From the NCBI GenBank assembly GCA_030704615.1, contig CM060733.1:19158001-19222000 (forward strand): a stretch of DNA of 64,000 bases, in the 5' to 3' direction. The stretch is from Takakia lepidozioides. Taxonomy: Eukaryota > Plantae > Bryophyta. Shown here piece by piece: positions 22,001 to 33,805 of the stretch; the stretch's first letter is position 1, and each line of letters begins with the position of its first letter. Below the pieces are notes generated by a model that saw only the letters and a program-made list of their open reading frames with translations, made no database searches and was not told the origin of the DNA. The position numbers and the translations under genes were made by a program.

Positions 22001-25000
22001 CAACGTCAGCCCCTGACAGAGGTAGGTTCTGTCCCTTTTGTTCCCGCTCAAACTGGGCACGGGGTCAATGGCCACAAGGCTACGGCAAACAACGTCTTAT
22101 GAGTACAATCTCTTTGTGAAATTATCAACAAGGGTTTGAGGTACGAGCATAGTATCTGGCTAAGGCTGAAACTGAAGGGCGGCATGAGTACGAAGGACCT
22201 CTTTGTGGGTTGTGTTTACATGCCCACAGAGGGGACCCTTAGTGCTGACGCAGACAAAGCCTTCGAAGATGTAAAGCTAGACTGTGCTTCTTCCTTGCCA
22301 AAGGTCAGGTGATTTTATTGGGTGACTTCAATGCCCGGGTGGGTAAAGGTCTCCATCAGGATGATATCATTGGGCCTTTTGGTGAGGACGAGTTGAAGTC
22401 TAATGGCAGACGGTTAATGAACTGTCTGGAAGAGCCTCAGCTTCTAGCCTTGAACAATAGGGCAAAAGGTGACCAAGTGCAGTGGACTCGTGAGAAAGCC
22501 CAAACTGGGGAACGTTCCATTGTGGATTATATCATAATGGACAAAAATTTGTTTCCCCAGACTGCCAATGTGTTGATCGACAGAACTGATATTGGTACCT
22601 CTGACCACTTTCTGGTTTGGACTGAGATCAAAAGGTGTTTTCCCAACACCAAGAGATCTGGGAAACGTTCGATTCGGAAGTGGCGCATAGAAAAATTCCA
22701 TAATGAAGAGGTCAAGGCTGAGTATGTCCAGGCCTTGCAAGAGGCTCTCCCCATTTTGTCCACTCGCTCCAAGACCTTCAGTCTCGCACTGACAATGCAA
22801 GAAATGAAGTCGAAAGAGCAGTGGATGCTTGGGAGAGTTTCGTCTCCTCTGCGGCTGACAAGATCATTGGGAGGAAACTAATTGTCTGCGGTAGAGCTGT
22901 TAATTGGTGGACCAATGAGATTAAACTCAAGATAGCTGAGAGACAAGTCCTTTATAAACAGTGCTGCAATTTGAAAACCAACAAAGAATTGTGGGCGAGG
23001 TACTACCAGATCCGTAAAGATATCAATCAGCTTGTAAGGGCTCAGAAGAAATTATACTGGGACAAGTTATACAGTGAAATAAACTCAAACCACCATGGTG
23101 GTAATGAAGAGATTCTGGTTGGCCCTTCAACGTTTGTACAAGCCGAAAACCTGTCAGCAAGTACAAGCGCTGAAGACTACTAAGGGTGCAGTGGTAACTT
23201 CATCGGTTGACATTGTCAAAACCTTTGAAACCCACTACAGTATCCTTGGCAGAACTTCTAGGTCTAACAGTGAGGGGTCCTCTGATGAATGGAAGGACAC
23301 AGTTGGTTAAACTGTTCCTATGATTCAAAACAGCCGTGATGAACTGGAGTATATTTCAAAAGCCTACAACGCTCCCATTAGTTCTTCTGAGATTGTGGAA
23401 GCAATTGAACATCTAAATGGATATAAGCAGGTGGTCCTGATGGCATAATCAACGAGCTTATCAAGCACGGGGGCGATCCCATGATAGAGGCCCTAGTTCT
23501 CCTCTTTTATCTGGAAGACTGAAATGATCCCCTTTCGCTGGCGACAGGGGGTCATTGTCAATCTATATAAGAAGGGTGACAGAGAAGACCCGGGGAACTA
23601 TCGTGGCATCACGCTTCTCAATGCTGTTGCAACATATTTTGCAGAGTTATAAGTACCCGTCTCGAGGTTGATCTGGAATCTAGAGGTTGTTTTCACGAAG
23701 GCCAAGCTGGCTTTCGGCGAAACAGGGGCTGTGTGGACATATCTTCACTCTAAGCCAGATTATCCAGGGAAGGAAAAAAGAAGGGGAACCCACTTATGTT
23801 TTTTTCTTGGATGTCAAAAAGGCTTATGACACAGTGTGGAGAGATGGTCTATGGCTCCGACTCTGGTCTTGCGGAATCAAGGGAAAAATGTGGAGAGTTG
23901 TCCATAACTTGTATGCTCACACCAAAAGCTGTGTCACTGTTAATGGACAGAAGTCTAACTTCTTTGACATAGACCAAGGTGTAGCTCAAGGATGTACCCT
24001 CTCCCCTCTGCTCTTCAATGTTTTCATCAATCAAACTCCTCGAGGATGTGGAACGTGAGGGATTTGGGTTAAGCGTGGGTGATGCCACCATTCCAGCCCT
24101 TATGTTTGCGGATGACTTCGCAGGCATAGGGGAGACTCCTTTCAACCTCCAGGAATTGATTGATTGCGCGAAGAGATACTTTGATCTTTGGGGGCTAGAG
24201 GCTAATGTCAGTAAATGTGCAGTGGTGGCATTCAACGACAGAGGAGAGGGAGGAAGTGATCTTAAGTGGCAGTGGGGTAGCCAAGAGATTCCAGTCCTCT
24301 CTTCCTACACATACCTGGGCGTTGAGTTTTCCTCCAACTGTAACTGGGATGCACATATCCAGAAAGTTGTTCAAACTGGCAAGGGCAAAGCGCTGAGTCT
24401 CACTAAATTTTTCCACTGGAGAGGGATTAACTCTGAGGTCAAGAAAACCTTGCTTTGCCGCGTTATTAGACCTGCCTTGGAGTACGGATCTGCTATATGG
24501 GTTGACAACTCCAACCAGGCTAAGGCTCTAGAATCCATTCAAGTGGGGGTGCTTAAGGAGTGCATGTCAGCATGCTCCAAAACAGCCAATGTGGCTGTTC
24601 GGGGTGAGTTTGGCATCCCTTCCTTAAGCTCCCGACGAGATGAATTCAAGGTCAGATGGTGGGGTCAGTTGCAACACATGTCCAACACCAGATACCCTAA
24701 GTTAATCGACTCTATATCTTGGAAACAGGACTGCCCTGTCAAACAGGCCAAGTCCTGGCAGAAGAGAGTAGAAGAGCTTCTCAAGGATCTGAATCTGGAC
24801 CCGTAAGTCTTGACCTTGCTGGATAAATCTGACTTAGAGACTGTAGTGTCCAAAGCCATGTCTGTTACCAGAAAATTGTCTGATGCAAATGAAGTTAGGC
24901 AGAAAACTTCCCTGAACCTGTTTCCAGTCTGTGACATGGGGGAGGATATCATGGATGACCTCAAGGGTCTACCCACTCTCGGCACCAGACTGAAATTTAA

Positions 25001-26138
25001 TCTCAGGGCAGGAAGCCTACGTTTGAACAGTAAACAGAAGCAGAGAGGAAAGGGAGAGTGCAATTGCCCGTTGTGTGGGCAGCCCGAAGACAATATTCAT
25101 TTTCTGATTCACTGTCCGGGGTACTCTCACCAGAGAGAAGCTCTCCTCCAATCTATCAAGAGAATTGTGCCTGTACCTCCGTTTACCAACTTTGAAAGTC
25201 TCGAGGCTGAGCCAAAAGTCCAGGCCCTTCTGAGGCCTAGTTTTTGGGCAAATCACACACAGCAGATTGATGCTTGTGTGAAGGGATTTCTAGAGGATAT
25301 CTGGAAAACCCGAATCAATTCTATGTATAAAGGTAAGTCTTACTACCAATGTCAGCCCCTGACAGATGTAGGTTCTGTCCCTTTGGTTTCCGCTCAAACT
25401 GGGCGCGGGGTCGATGGCCACAAGGCTACGGCAAACAACATCTTATGAGTACATTCTCTTTAGCATGTGCAGGATGCTCCAAGCAAGTTGGGCAATGTGA
25501 AGAAAGAAGAGATGGGAGGTGCTGTGGCCATGGAAGTGGACAGAGGAGAATCAGAGGAAAATTCAAGCAGGATATTGAGAGGGCATTCTCCATCAGCCAA
25601 TACAGAGAACAATCTACGGAATATTTCTTTCTCACCAAGAGCTGTGGAAGACAACAGTGAACTTGGTTATCACAGCATAGGAAGGAAGCAGCAAAAAGGC
25701 AGTTCCAATCCTAGCAAACGGCAAGAGGGAGATGGGCCCCATAAGGGGGAAGTGGGTAACACACAGGTGGAAACTGAGGCAGAAAGATGTGCAAAGGCAG
25801 AGGGACTACAGAAGGGAAAAGGACTGAAAATACTTATTCAGGACATGGAGGACCTGGGATTCCGTCTTCTGGAACCGCTGAGAAAATTGGCCCCTGATGA
25901 GTATATGAGGTACTGTTGGCGCAGAAAGGACACCAAAAGATCTGTGCATGCAGACTACTTTGTGGTACTACGAGCATGTGCAAGTATTATAGATGTCGAC
26001 CCTAATGCACTCCATTCTGGTGTTCAAATTGTGGAAAAAGGCCTAATACAAATTGAGAAGCAGATTGAGGGCTGTATGGGCTCATGGGATGCTGAAGCTC
26101 CACATGAGGGGGATGGGGGAGAAGAAGGAATGGAATAG
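19013..26138 (+). CDS. TAF1B: RNA polymerase I TBP-associated factor B (TAF1B/RRN7, MEE12-like)
   Basis: Exons 19013-19739, 19982-20818, 21374-21504 and 25473-26138 join in phase. N-terminal zinc ribbon [20 protein letters not shown]; motifs [61 protein letters not shown] and [12 protein letters not shown]. Confidence 0.9.
20801..21391 (+). repeat. Diverged tandem duplication (about 290 bp x2) of TAF1B intron 2 with its flanking exon ends
   Basis: Units 20801-21086 and 21087-21391 are colinear, from AGGATCA..AGTCTATTG|GTGGG to GGGTGTTGGGCT.GCA..ACAACCA.CAGGAGCTAG. Confidence 0.9.
21912..22108 (+). mobile_element. 197-bp 3' fragment of LINE family B with 19-bp TSD
   Basis: Closely matches 25258-25454. 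Flanked by exact TCTCTTTGTGAAATTATCA at 21893-21911 and 22109-22127. Confidence 0.92.
22116..25454 (+). mobile_element. LINE family B, about 3.3 kb, 5'-truncated and inactivated (APE endonuclease, RT, CCHC)
   Basis: APE motifs [34 protein letters not shown] motifs [47 protein letters not shown]-terminal [17 protein letters not shown]. Broken by frameshifts and stops (e.g. TAA at 23308 and 24804). Stop codon at 25446-25448, end GAGTACAT, TSD about TCTCTTT. Located in TAF1B intron 3. Confidence 0.95.
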
Positions 26139-28142
26139 GAGGATCAGGGAAGGCCTTTGATGGAAGTCCTTGTACAATGACAGGTGATTCTTTGGTGCTG
26201 GGACACCAAAGCCTCAAGTGAGAGTGGCCATTGTATGAAGACAAGCCATGCAAATCCTTGACACCAATGACTACATGTACAAATGTGTTCACACTCCAAG
26301 TCAAGAACCAAGCAAAGTGCCTTGAGAGATACATACAAATTGTCATGGGTCACCCCTCTTGTCTCTTCCAATGTTACAATTTGATCAGCATCTGCACACC
26401 GTCACTGTCAATTGGAGTAGTTGGGTTGGTTAGCCTTGGTTTGTTTCCGATCTATGCGAGGCAGCTCAGCATATCATTTTTAAGGAAATCTGACCCCAGA
26501 TAGCAGCATCTCAATGCCCAGACTCCTCTCCTCACAGGTGCGATTGCTGATCCTTCCAGCTTCATTTTTAAAAGCTGTCTCAATGTGACCTCTCGACTAT
26601 TTACAGTTTTTTTGGTACTAGTTCTTTTGGAATTAGTTAGTCTTTTTTCATGCTGCGTCCTTGAAGTTGGTACGTGAGAGTTCAGACAATGAGATGCCTG
26701 CCTTCCTCAGTTGGCAGCTCTCATTGAACGAACGTGATTGGGGGATTGTGTGCAATATCAGATGGGCTATCAGTTTGCTCAGTTTCTTCAGGGAGCAGCT
26801 TAGAAAGTGGAATCTAAGGGGGATTAAGAAGGAAAAAAATGTTTCGACATCGACTGGGGACCCAAGAGACAGGCAGCAAGTTTACTCAGCAGACACTGTT
26901 GGCAGTGCCTTGTAGGCATAGCCTGGTTTGGATGGAACAAAAATGTGGGAGTAGAGGGAAAAGGAGGAGAGCTGTCTTAAAGCCCACTAGCATCACTAAA
27001 GGCTATGTTGAATCCAGAGAACTCTTGATAAAAGCAACTATTGGATGTGAAAATTCACCTCAGAAGAAAGGAGAGAGAGATAAAGAACTGTTCGCAATCA
27101 AGGAGGTTAGACTACAGCTCTTAAACTCAGGTGGTGAATCATCCGGCCTGTGGCCCATTTCCGGTTTGAATAAAGTTAGCGTGTGGTGCGTGAGCTTTAA
27201 TCTTGCAATGCGTTTGTCGTGTGTCTTCTTGTCTTACCATACCTGTAATGTGTCCCTCCTCCCAGTAGCCACGAACATATGCAGTATGGAGACAAATCAG
27301 CTCGGTGAGGAGTCCTGGATGTGTTGAGGTGGGAGCAAGTGAGGGTGCCACTTTACCTTGTTCGAAAGTATGGTAGGTTTCAGTGCTCAGTAGAGAAGTG
27401 ACCCATTGGCCATCCACAGCAAAGTCTGGCTATGCCTGAAGGCTTAGTCCCTCGAGGACTCTAATCCTCCTGGAGCTGTTCGGCTTAAGGTTAAGCCACC
27501 GAAATGTGCATGCACAGTTTACAACAACCTGATTGTAGGGAATTTCTGATTTCTGATTTTTTCGGTGTGAACAATCAGGATCCATGGATTGCTTTCCTTG
27601 TTCCATTGTACGGTGAACGATTACATTTATCCATCAACAATTCACAATCATTGTGTTGGCCCAGAGAATTGGACTTCATGCATACTGCTATGTCAGTTTG
27701 GATTCAAAACTACACACCACAAAATGTTGGCAGCATTTTATTATCATGTGCTCCATCATGTTTCTATGCCCCACATATGTTTACCAAATTGGAGTTACCA
27801 CTTGGGTTCAGAACAGTCTGAGACTATGTCAGGTAGGGCACAAAAGATCCTTCCATGAGAGGGCAAGCCAATTTTAACAGCAATGCAAGCTATGCAGTTC
27901 TAATAAAAAATGAGAACTAATGTTCCATATGCAGGCTGCAAAGAACAGGATGGTGACTAGCTGGAGTGGCCTGCACACACTCAAAATCACAACTCTAATT
28001 CAATGGGGCCATTATCCCTTGCAAGTCCACCACATGCAATTTCATCTGTGAACATCACTGTACACCACACTGTACAGTCTTGAGAAGCAGCTTGGGCAAT
28101 GTGGCTCTTCTTTCACAATACATAATGAGACACGGTTCAATA

Positions 28143-31100
28143 CTAGTCCACCGGAACCTCCACCTCCATCTTCAAGCCAGCCTTTCCAAGAACCTACGCA
28201 AAGATAGCACCAAACGCATACCAGATCAAGGATAAAATATATATATATATACACAAACATAGGTTCAGTGCCAGTGAAGCAGGCAATTCAACTAGTGTGC
28301 TTAATTGACCATGGAATCTATGCTCACTGCTGCTAATCAGACCTGAGAGATAACATGAATATACGAAATGGATTACATTGACACATACAGTGGGGGTGAG
28401 TTTCTATAACCAGTGAGCTTAATGCAAATACAAAGATCAGATTGTGAGGGTTGAAATCACAACACAGGCAGTTTTTTAATAATTCCGCCACAGCTGAACA
28501 ATCGCTCTTACATAAAACTGAGTGAAACCCATCTTAATTTAGGAGTGCAACACGTAAGGTGGTAGGCAGTCTATGGAACATGATTAAAAAAGCACACATA
28601 CACCACCCTCCCATCTTTCAGGCTTCCTTGAGCATACTGGGGCCTCCCTGGGAGCCAGACAGTCTATCCCCAAATCCTTGAAACCTCCAGTGCTTGTGTT
28701 GTGCCTCCCCTGCCTGGGTTATATGAATACATGTTGTATAAGAGGGAAAGACATTTTGCCCAAAGATTGAACCTTACTTTGAGTTTTCAGGTCATTAACA
28801 GGGCCAACATCTTCAGCACAGAGGCACTTGGAAGAATTCAGGCACCATGAAAGCTCCTTAGTAGAAAAAAGGTAAGCTGACCTTTGTGAAATCTTGGGGT
28901 GTTAGCACTGAGTCATATGTGTAACCTGCTTCTTCCAGTGCCCGCTTCACCACCAGCTGCATGCCCCAACGTGTCCATTTATTCTTCTGGTTGACAATCA
29001 GTAGAAGGTGGTATATTTGGAATAAATGTGGGGAGAGAAAGGAAGACAGAAACTTTGTAAGTCTGAGGGCCAAAAGAGACAGAAATCTATGAGATCTACC
29101 GGAGGCCAGTGGGACAGTTGGGAACAATGGCGAAGAACTACAGAAACCAGAGAACAATTAAAACCCTAAGCATTACAGAGACAGAGATTGCACTAGTAAG
29201 ATGTTGTTTGCCGTAGCCTTGTGGCCACAGACCCGACACTCAGTTTGGGCAGAATGATTGCAGAGACAGAGAGAGCACTTGCCTCCAAAGTATGGTAATG
29301 CAGACCCTATAAGCTGTTGGATGTGGCTGCAATGCCGCACTAAACCCAAGAGTACAAATTCAAGAAAACATGTCATCACCAAGGGCTCCCAAGTAACAGA
29401 CCTGACGTTGCTCTTCCGTTAAGAAAGACCCTGACAGATCGCGTAAAACTTGCAATATGTCACTAGCAGTCACCTTGCCATTGCCATCTGTATCATATAC
29501 TCTGAAGATGACTGCCCAAACATCCCACTTATGTCAGAGGTTGCTGCAGATAACGAGGGAATGAGAGCAAAAGCAAGGATAGAGAAGGGGTAGAAGAGGA
29601 AAAACATGAGTTCCCATAAAAGTATGATAGTTCAAGGCCGCCATGAGCATGAACTTTATGCATTGCCCTTGTAAGTGAAGCCTAGGACTACAAGTGCAAG
29701 CCTGCCAGTACAACTGGATCTCTTACTATACTTCTGGGCTGGTCCAAATTGTGACACAAGTGCAGAGGAGGTGAGGAAAGGGAGGCAGAGGCAAAAATGA
29801 TGCTGGACTAAGACAGATTCATAAATGGAGGACTTACAATGCACTTTGTCATGAAGTGTGGCCCGTGCACTGAAGGCTGAAAGGACAGCCACAAACTCCT
29901 TGAAGTTCAAGAATTCCAACATCTTGAGGAGTCTCTGCAAGAAACATGCAACATCTACAGCCCCTACGTCAACTCCCGCTTCATCTCATTAGTCCAATTG
30001 CCTCAGAACTGCAAGGAAATTAATTTCAAACCCAACTATCTTAAAATTCAAATAGCTGGTTAGATCAAGGCCCATGGAAACTGGCACTAGCATTGGTAAA
30101 GTTCCGCAGTCTTCCCTGCAGCAGCACAGGGTGGAAGGAATGTGCTAGACAAGCAGTGGTAAGACGACACAAGTTCACAAGGTGTCATGGCTTCACATCT
30201 CCCATGGCATTCTTTAGCTGGGCTTAACCTGGCTCCTCCTCTCCGGTGACCAAAAATGCATTCTGAGCCTGGCAACACGGCTTATTTATGCTAACAGCTG
30301 GCGTCATCTCTTTTGTTGGTCACTCAACCAGGATAACCTTGTTTTTGCTTGGCATATCTAGTTCTGGAACTGAAGCTTTCCCCATGAATAGGGGGATTAT
30401 TTTCCATAACTGCATCCAACAATTACAAGGGTTTGCACACGTGATTGAAGTCACAGTTGGGGGAGGCAAATTGAATAGTTTAACTATTGAGAATAGGCTG
30501 TGTAAGGTGGTTAGTGACTACACCAGATTTGCTGTAGTCACTAACATCAGTAAAGTGCCAGGGGAGGTCATCTCCAGAGCAGCTCACCCTGATTCTCCAC
30601 ATGATAATTGCGTATGGGTAACCAACTTGTACTGGGTGTGAGAGGACACCACCCATGGGAGCCGTATGTCTACAGCATATCAAACATATTTAATCAAGAG
30701 ATTGTCATCCCTTGTGGGTTTGCCATGACTTCACTTGTGCAATGATGGGTTTATATCCACAACTGGATCCAGAAGGGTCACATTATGCAAGGAGTATTTT
30801 CACCATTGCTAACCATCCCAGGGAGAACCACCACTGAGCGGTCTCTTCCTTGTCCTTGATCTACGCCCCCTCCCCAACCTACGAAACCAACTCCTAGGAG
30901 ATAAGCCTAATAAGTAAAAAGGAACTCATGAGATGTTGTCCATACCTGAGAGAGTGGGTTCACTGCAAATTCCGGAACTCCCATAAACTCATCAGCAGAG
31001 ATGAAACCTTTTCCATTGCGATCGAGTGCACAAAACCTCTCGTACAATGCAATTATCTCCCGTTGTGAAACTGCGCAGAGAACGCACAAAGCATCCTTGA

Positions 31101-31586
31101 GCAGATCAACAAGCTGACAACCTAACACAGTAAAAGCCAATTCAAGTCTATTTTCTAAGGGGCCGTTTGCCCCACCCCTTCACACACGTCGACAGAAAAA
31201 AATAAAAATCGGACACACTCCTATTCCTATTACAGAGGGAGAAGATATCAGGCATCTCTCTAAGACCCAACACACGCACACGGGCTTATATCTCAGACAA
31301 AGCACATGCGCCTCCCAACCTTCACCACTCCTCTCCAGCTCTCCTCTTCAACGAAATCGAAGAAAGAAACTCTCAAGAGAAGTGCACATGGAGAGACAGA
31401 GCCTGAGGGAAAATCCAAACAAACTTTTCCACAGACACCTTAAATTATCCTACACAGCGGAACTTTCTTCACAGGTCTTGCAAGGAAATCATCACACGAA
31501 TCCACAAGCAACTCACAGCTATGCTTGGTGTGATTCTGCAAGTCTTCCAAGTCGTATTGCGTGAGCATTGACGAGTAATTCCCCAT
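28143..31586 (-). CDS. Calcineurin subunit B-like EF-hand calcium-binding protein
   Basis: Exons 31586-31517, 31070-30946, 29934-29838, 29511-29402, 28956-28882 and 28193-28143 give MGNYSSMLTQYDLEDLQ..LYERFCALDRNGKGFISADEF..FRVYDTDGNGKVT..KMEVEVPVD*. It has an N-myristoylation-type MGxxxS start and canonical EF-hand loops, and resembles the Arabidopsis At3g18430 type as recalled. Confidence 0.92.
29188..29256 (-). mobile_element. About 70-bp 3' fragment of LINE family B with 16-bp TSD
   Basis: Reverse strand reads ..GTGGCCACAAGGCTACGGCAAACAACATCTTACTAGTGCAA. TSD TCTCTGTCTCTG(C/T)AAT at 29257-29272 and 29172-29187, one mismatch. Confidence 0.88.
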
Positions 31587-31690
31587 ACCTGCCCTCCCCT
31601 GCTCTCCCTCCACATCCCCTGCCTGTACCCACGCCCACGCCCCCGCCCACAGTTCACCGACGGACGAAGTTTCTTTTTCCGTCCACATAC

Positions 31691-32110
31691 TTTTCTTTTT
31701 CTTTTTTTTCCTTTTGTTTTTTACATGAAAGGGGACAGCTGCCCTGTTACTCAAATTCAAAAGAAGCGAGGAAAAAATAACGATACAATCTGGGGAAAAC
31801 CCCCCCCCCCCACTGAGGGGAAAATTTCGAACTCGCGACTAACTAAGCACACAAACAAGGCTAGCAAAACCGGAAATAAGAAGGAAGAGAGGCCGTAATG
31901 GCCCTCCACATGGAAGACAAGCTAAAAAGGAGAAGACTCCGGCCAAAGCCGGCGTAACTAAGAGCCACTTCGCCTTGCCACTACTGCCCCTTTCGAGGGG
32001 TGGGCTGAGGCTCAAAACTCAGATGGCTTTGATCTTGGAATTGCGGTTCCTCTTATGTTTCCAATTAACATCGTCTTCCTCCTCCAAAGGACTCCCTCCT
32101 CCACATACTC
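31691..32110 (-). mobile_element. Possible 3' remnant of a poly(A)-tailed (L1-like) retroelement
   Basis: T-rich tract at 31691-31722 followed by GAAAGGGGACAGCTGCCCT, similar in layout to the element at 55183. No recognisable ORF or TSD. Confidence 0.3.
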
Positions 32111-32154
32111 AACATGATTTACACAATATGCTCAAGGATAGTATGTAAGATTCT

Positions 32155-32259
32155 GACACGTGCGCATCCCATATTGGTTCTCACATTGGCTGTAGAGACA
32201 AGTGATGACACGTGTCTTGTCCATTGCATGCATAATGTAGCCTCCGGGGTCTATAAGTA
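32155..32259. promoter_or_regulatory. Two G-box/ABRE elements, an RY element and a TATA-like motif
   Basis: GACACGTG at 32155-32162, palindromic GACACGTGTC at 32207-32216, TGCATGCA at 32225-32232, CTATAAGTA at 32251-32259. Function not shown. Confidence 0.4.
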
Positions 32260-32336
32260 GGTCTTCAAGGTCTTAGAATAGGCTTGTTTTCCTATGTGGG
32301 TTTTTACTTTTCTTTTGTTTAATTAGTACTCTGCAC

Positions 32337-32504
32337 TTCACTTGTGAGTTTACTGTTTGTGTGTGTGAAATCTTTGAATTCACTTGTGAGTTTACTCTAT
32401 GTGTGTGTGAAATCTTTGAATTCACTTGTGAGTTTACTCTTTGTGTGTGTGAAATCTTTGAATTCACTTGTGAGTTTACTCTTTGTGTGTGTGAAATCTT
32501 TGAA
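32337..32504 (+). repeat. Minisatellite, 4 x 42 bp
   Basis: Unit TTCACTTGTGAGTTTACTCTTTGTGTGTGTGAAATCTTTGAA; the first two units have one substitution each. Confidence 0.97.
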
Positions 32505-32762
32505 CATTGGGGTACGGTATGATGAAGATTGTATTCATCATGGACCCGTTGATTCAAAATTACAACATCTTATGATTGCACATCACTAGAAGAAGACATA
32601 TTTTCTTTAATAAAATGGTTTAGATTTATTTGTTTTAAATGGAAAACCTCATAACAACAATTGGACGTGGGGAGGAGGTGAGGTGAATTTTGATGGAAGG
32701 GTTGGATTCTGGAGTGGCGGAGCGGTTCCACGGCGTAAATCCACTTCAACCGCATCATCAAA

Positions 32763-33226
32763 TTAACATCCACACCATCCAATTCTTACTCAGAGATTTG
32801 GAAAAATGTACCCTCAATCTACCCTGAAATCTGTCTGGAATCCTGAGTAGATCAATAATTCAGTGTAGAGTAACGTAAAGTGTGAAAAAGATTGCACAAC
32901 CGAATAGAAAGTAGATAGGATGGCTGGTAGGTGGGTAAAAGGGAGGGTAATCCATTTTGACCGTGGGATCAACTTAACATCCACACCATCCAATTCCTAC
33001 GAGATTGCAAAGAATGTACCTCAATCTACCCTAATATTCCAGAAATCCAATTTGGAAATTCTGTCCGGAATCCCCAGTAGATTAATGGATTAGTACTTAG
33101 TGTAGAGTGATTTCGCTCCCAGGTTTCTTTTCAAAAAAAATCAAAAAAGAAAAGTGATGTAAGTGTGAAAAAGATTGCACAATCGAATGGAAGGTAGACA
33201 GGATGCCTAGTAGGTGGGTAAAAGGA
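32763..33226 (+). repeat. Imperfect direct duplication with indels
   Basis: TTAACATCCACACCATCCAATTC..AATGTACC.TCAATCTACCCT and AAGTGTGAAAAAGATTGCACAA..TAGGTGGGTAAAAGG each occur twice, in 32763-32945 and 32973-33226. Confidence 0.85.
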
Positions 33227-33805
33227 GTAGGTACCTAGACAGGCAGGTAAGTAAAGTTAGAGAGAAGGTAGGCCTGTAGGTGCGAGGTAGGTTGGTGTGT
33301 AGAGAGGAAGGTAGCAGCCGTGCAGCTTTGGATACTACCGTCGGTTTCTCTCGCGTGAGATCTCGAAGTTCGAGGTTGAAATAAGAGAGAGGGCAGATTG
33401 AGGTCGAAGGATTCTGGAGCGAGTGCACAGAGATTACATGTGCAGTGGTGGAGAGAGATGTTGAGGACAGTGCACAAGGAAGAGAGACACTGATCCAGTG
33501 TACAACTTAGTGCCAGCGGTTTCAACTTGGAGTTTACGAAGGTGCTGATGCATTCATATATCAATTCCTCACGAGTCTCGATCTAATTGAGAGGCTACCT
33601 TCCTCACCCTGCCTCACATTGTTGAGTTATGGAGCTTTGGCAGTTGAAGGTCGGTTGGGTCTGCGATGTATGGAAACTTAGCTAGCCAGACGTAGCATTG
33701 CAGCAGTACGTCTATAAAACTTTAATACTGCATTCATCGATGGGTTTTTATCCACTAAACGTTCGAGTATGTATCCTGTACAGGGACTTTGTCACGCGGA
33801 CGAAG

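Noticed and set aside
21912-25454. LTR or Penelope pseudo-LTR reading of the about 195-bp direct repeat at both ends of the RT element
   Set aside because: The upstream repeat has its own 19-bp TSD, there are no TG..CA ends or primer-binding site, and the element encodes APE rather than integrase or GIY-YIG.
26907-27443. MITE defined by the inverted repeat AGGCATAGCC / GGCTATGCCT
   Set aside because: Only 10 bp match perfectly, the extension is gapped, and there is no convincing TSD.
30060-30900. Short ORFs within intron 2 of the calcineurin-B-like gene
   Set aside because: No recognisable domain, repeat boundary or consistent splice structure.
32337-32504. CRISPR-like array
   Set aside because: The units are contiguous with no unique spacers, there are no cas genes, and the context is eukaryotic.
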